This document shows positions 62,511 to 64,000 of a stretch of DNA of 64,000 nucleotides, piece by piece; the first letter of the stretch is position 1, and every line of letters starts with the position of its first letter. The notes beneath the pieces are model-generated. The model was given only the letters and a program-made list of their open reading frames with translations. It was not told where the DNA came from and made no database searches. The DNA comes from Ruditapes philippinarum (taxonomy: Eukaryota): positions 62,001-126,000 of the forward strand of contig NW_026856260.1 in the NCBI RefSeq assembly GCF_026571515.1. Reading direction: 5' to 3'. A program made the translations under genes and the position numbers.

Positions 62511-62899
62511 AGTCTGGAGTTCCTTCCCCTTATACTACGCTATACTACTTTCCGCAGTAAATGTAGGCAGGGAACCAGACTACCCCACACGCCAGAGGGC
62601 AGCAAGTAAGTAAGTCTCTCAACGAAACGTTTGATATTCTTTTCCTTAAGAAAAGTACCATGACCATTACTCTTTCACAATTTATAAACCACATTTCTAT
62701 AAAAGTAGAATTGCTTACATATACCAAGCCGCAAAGAGGTTTTCAAGATTTTCATGAATTTAGATATGAATTCCAAATTTCGATATCAAAAAAATAAAGA
62801 AGACAGTCCTGCTGTAAAAGATTGCGGGTAATATAAGAATTTTTATTATATATAAATCATATTTCGAAACTAATATTTTCATTTAGCACTTTTTCGTAT

Positions 62900-63000
62900 A
62901 GAAGCGTATTGGCGCCATTCTAAGACCTAAATTAAGGCGCGAGGGAATGACGTCATTTCAAACACGCGACTTGTCTTATGGTCATGTGCAATACATCGAC
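62900..63000. promoter_or_regulatory. CpG-rich promoter-like patch with palindromic CRE (ATGACGTCAT)
   Basis: ATGACGTCAT at 62948-62957, GGCGCCATT (YY1-like), elevated CpG. Confidence 0.4.
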
Positions 63001-63003
63001 ACG

Positions 63004-63880
63004 CGCTTTTCATGGAATGGCACTAACGTGTCACATTGAACGTTCCATGATAACCGCCATATGAACACAGCTGCGGATGTTTCAAAATTCTAAATTTTAC
63101 CAGTTCATGTTAAATGTTGAATTCTGCTTAAGCCGGTGCTAGGGGGCGTGGACGGTAGTTTACACAGTACCGTCCATGAACAGGCTCAGTCAAACCGAGC
63201 CTGCAACATTTTCAATTTTGTCGCGTTGGGCTTTCTTTAGGGATTCTTATTTTACTCTATTTTATCGCAACATCAGCGTCGTTTGTGCCGTGTGGAGGCT
63301 GTAAAAAATCGCCCCGTACATTCAATCAGGGATGTTATATTTCCGATCCGCACGACATTTTTGTTGTGCTTGTGGTATTTTAGTTCTTTCTATTTGGCTT
63401 CTTCTTGTTGGGTGGTTCCAGTATTCCTCACTTGAATACTGTTTGAATCACCCTAAGGATATGAGGCTTGCTTTTTAAATTTGTCTTTTGACGTTATATA
63501 TGTGATATGCAGGCTTCATAACCTCAGATACCCTTTCAAAATTCCATTTTATTTAGTTCCGCTTATTGTTTTCTCGTCTAGGGCACACGCATCTTTTTTT
63601 ACCCGGGGACCATATGCCGCTTTTCATGGAATGGCACTAACGTGTCACATTGAACGTTCCATGATAACCGCCATATGGACACATCTGTGGATGTTTCAAA
63701 ATTCTAAATTTTACCAGTTCATGTTAAATGTTGAATTCTGCTTAAGCCGGTGCTAGGGGGCGTTAACGGTAGTTTGCACTTGGCAGTACCGTCCATGAAC
63801 AGGCTCAGTCAAACCGAGCCTGCAACATTTTCAATTTTGCCGCGTTGAGCATTCTTAAGGAATTTTAATTCACTCTATTT
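63004..63880 (+). repeat. ~260-bp direct duplication (63004-63262 and 63618-63880), period 614 bp
   Basis: Highly similar copies with one small indel in a loop. Confidence 0.92.
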
Positions 63881-64000
63881 GCATGGTGAGTGTAAGACCA
63901 GTTTTTCTAGTATCGGCGTAAACGGTAGATGATCCCGTCTGATATGCAAAAATTCACTTTCTTACCGTGAATGTATTCACTGAGCTGCGAAGGGGTACAT

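Noticed and set aside
63135-63151. CTCF-like motif GCTAGGGGGCG in the duplicated unit
   Set aside because: Lacks the upstream CC of the consensus; a partial match is not enough for a call

Overview
AT-rich, intron-rich eukaryotic DNA. The repeat content (Helentron-associated elements with internal ~165-bp arrays, tRNA-derived SINEs) suggests a mollusc, probably a bivalve; that assignment is inference. Two spliced protein-coding genes lie on the minus strand. (1) A patched-domain/sterol-sensing RND-type membrane protein (PTCHD3/NPC1-like), ATG at 27398, with 17 cleanly readable coding exons down to 6656 (~829 aa). One or two internal exons are corrupted in a low-quality assembly segment at ~14530-15980, and the 3' end is uncertain. 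(2) A complete ELOVL1/7-type fatty-acid elongase, 7 coding exons, 57057-51904, 294 aa, with a probable non-coding first exon at ~61.2 kb. The rest is non-autonomous DNA transposons (Helentron/HINE, Sola-like, Kolobok-like, Tc1/pogo-like, MULE-like, hairpin elements), SINEs, an RTE LINE fragment and minisatellites. The observations most worth following up: a tandemly duplicated, densely base-paired ~260-nt candidate structured RNA at 63.0/63.6 kb; two independent minisatellites grown out of exon-intron junctions that multiply splice sites; an exon bracketed by palindromic MITEs; and an intronic transposon carrying an antisense promoter-like region with micro-exons. All exon calls come from manual translation and GT/AG phase checking; no database searches were run.
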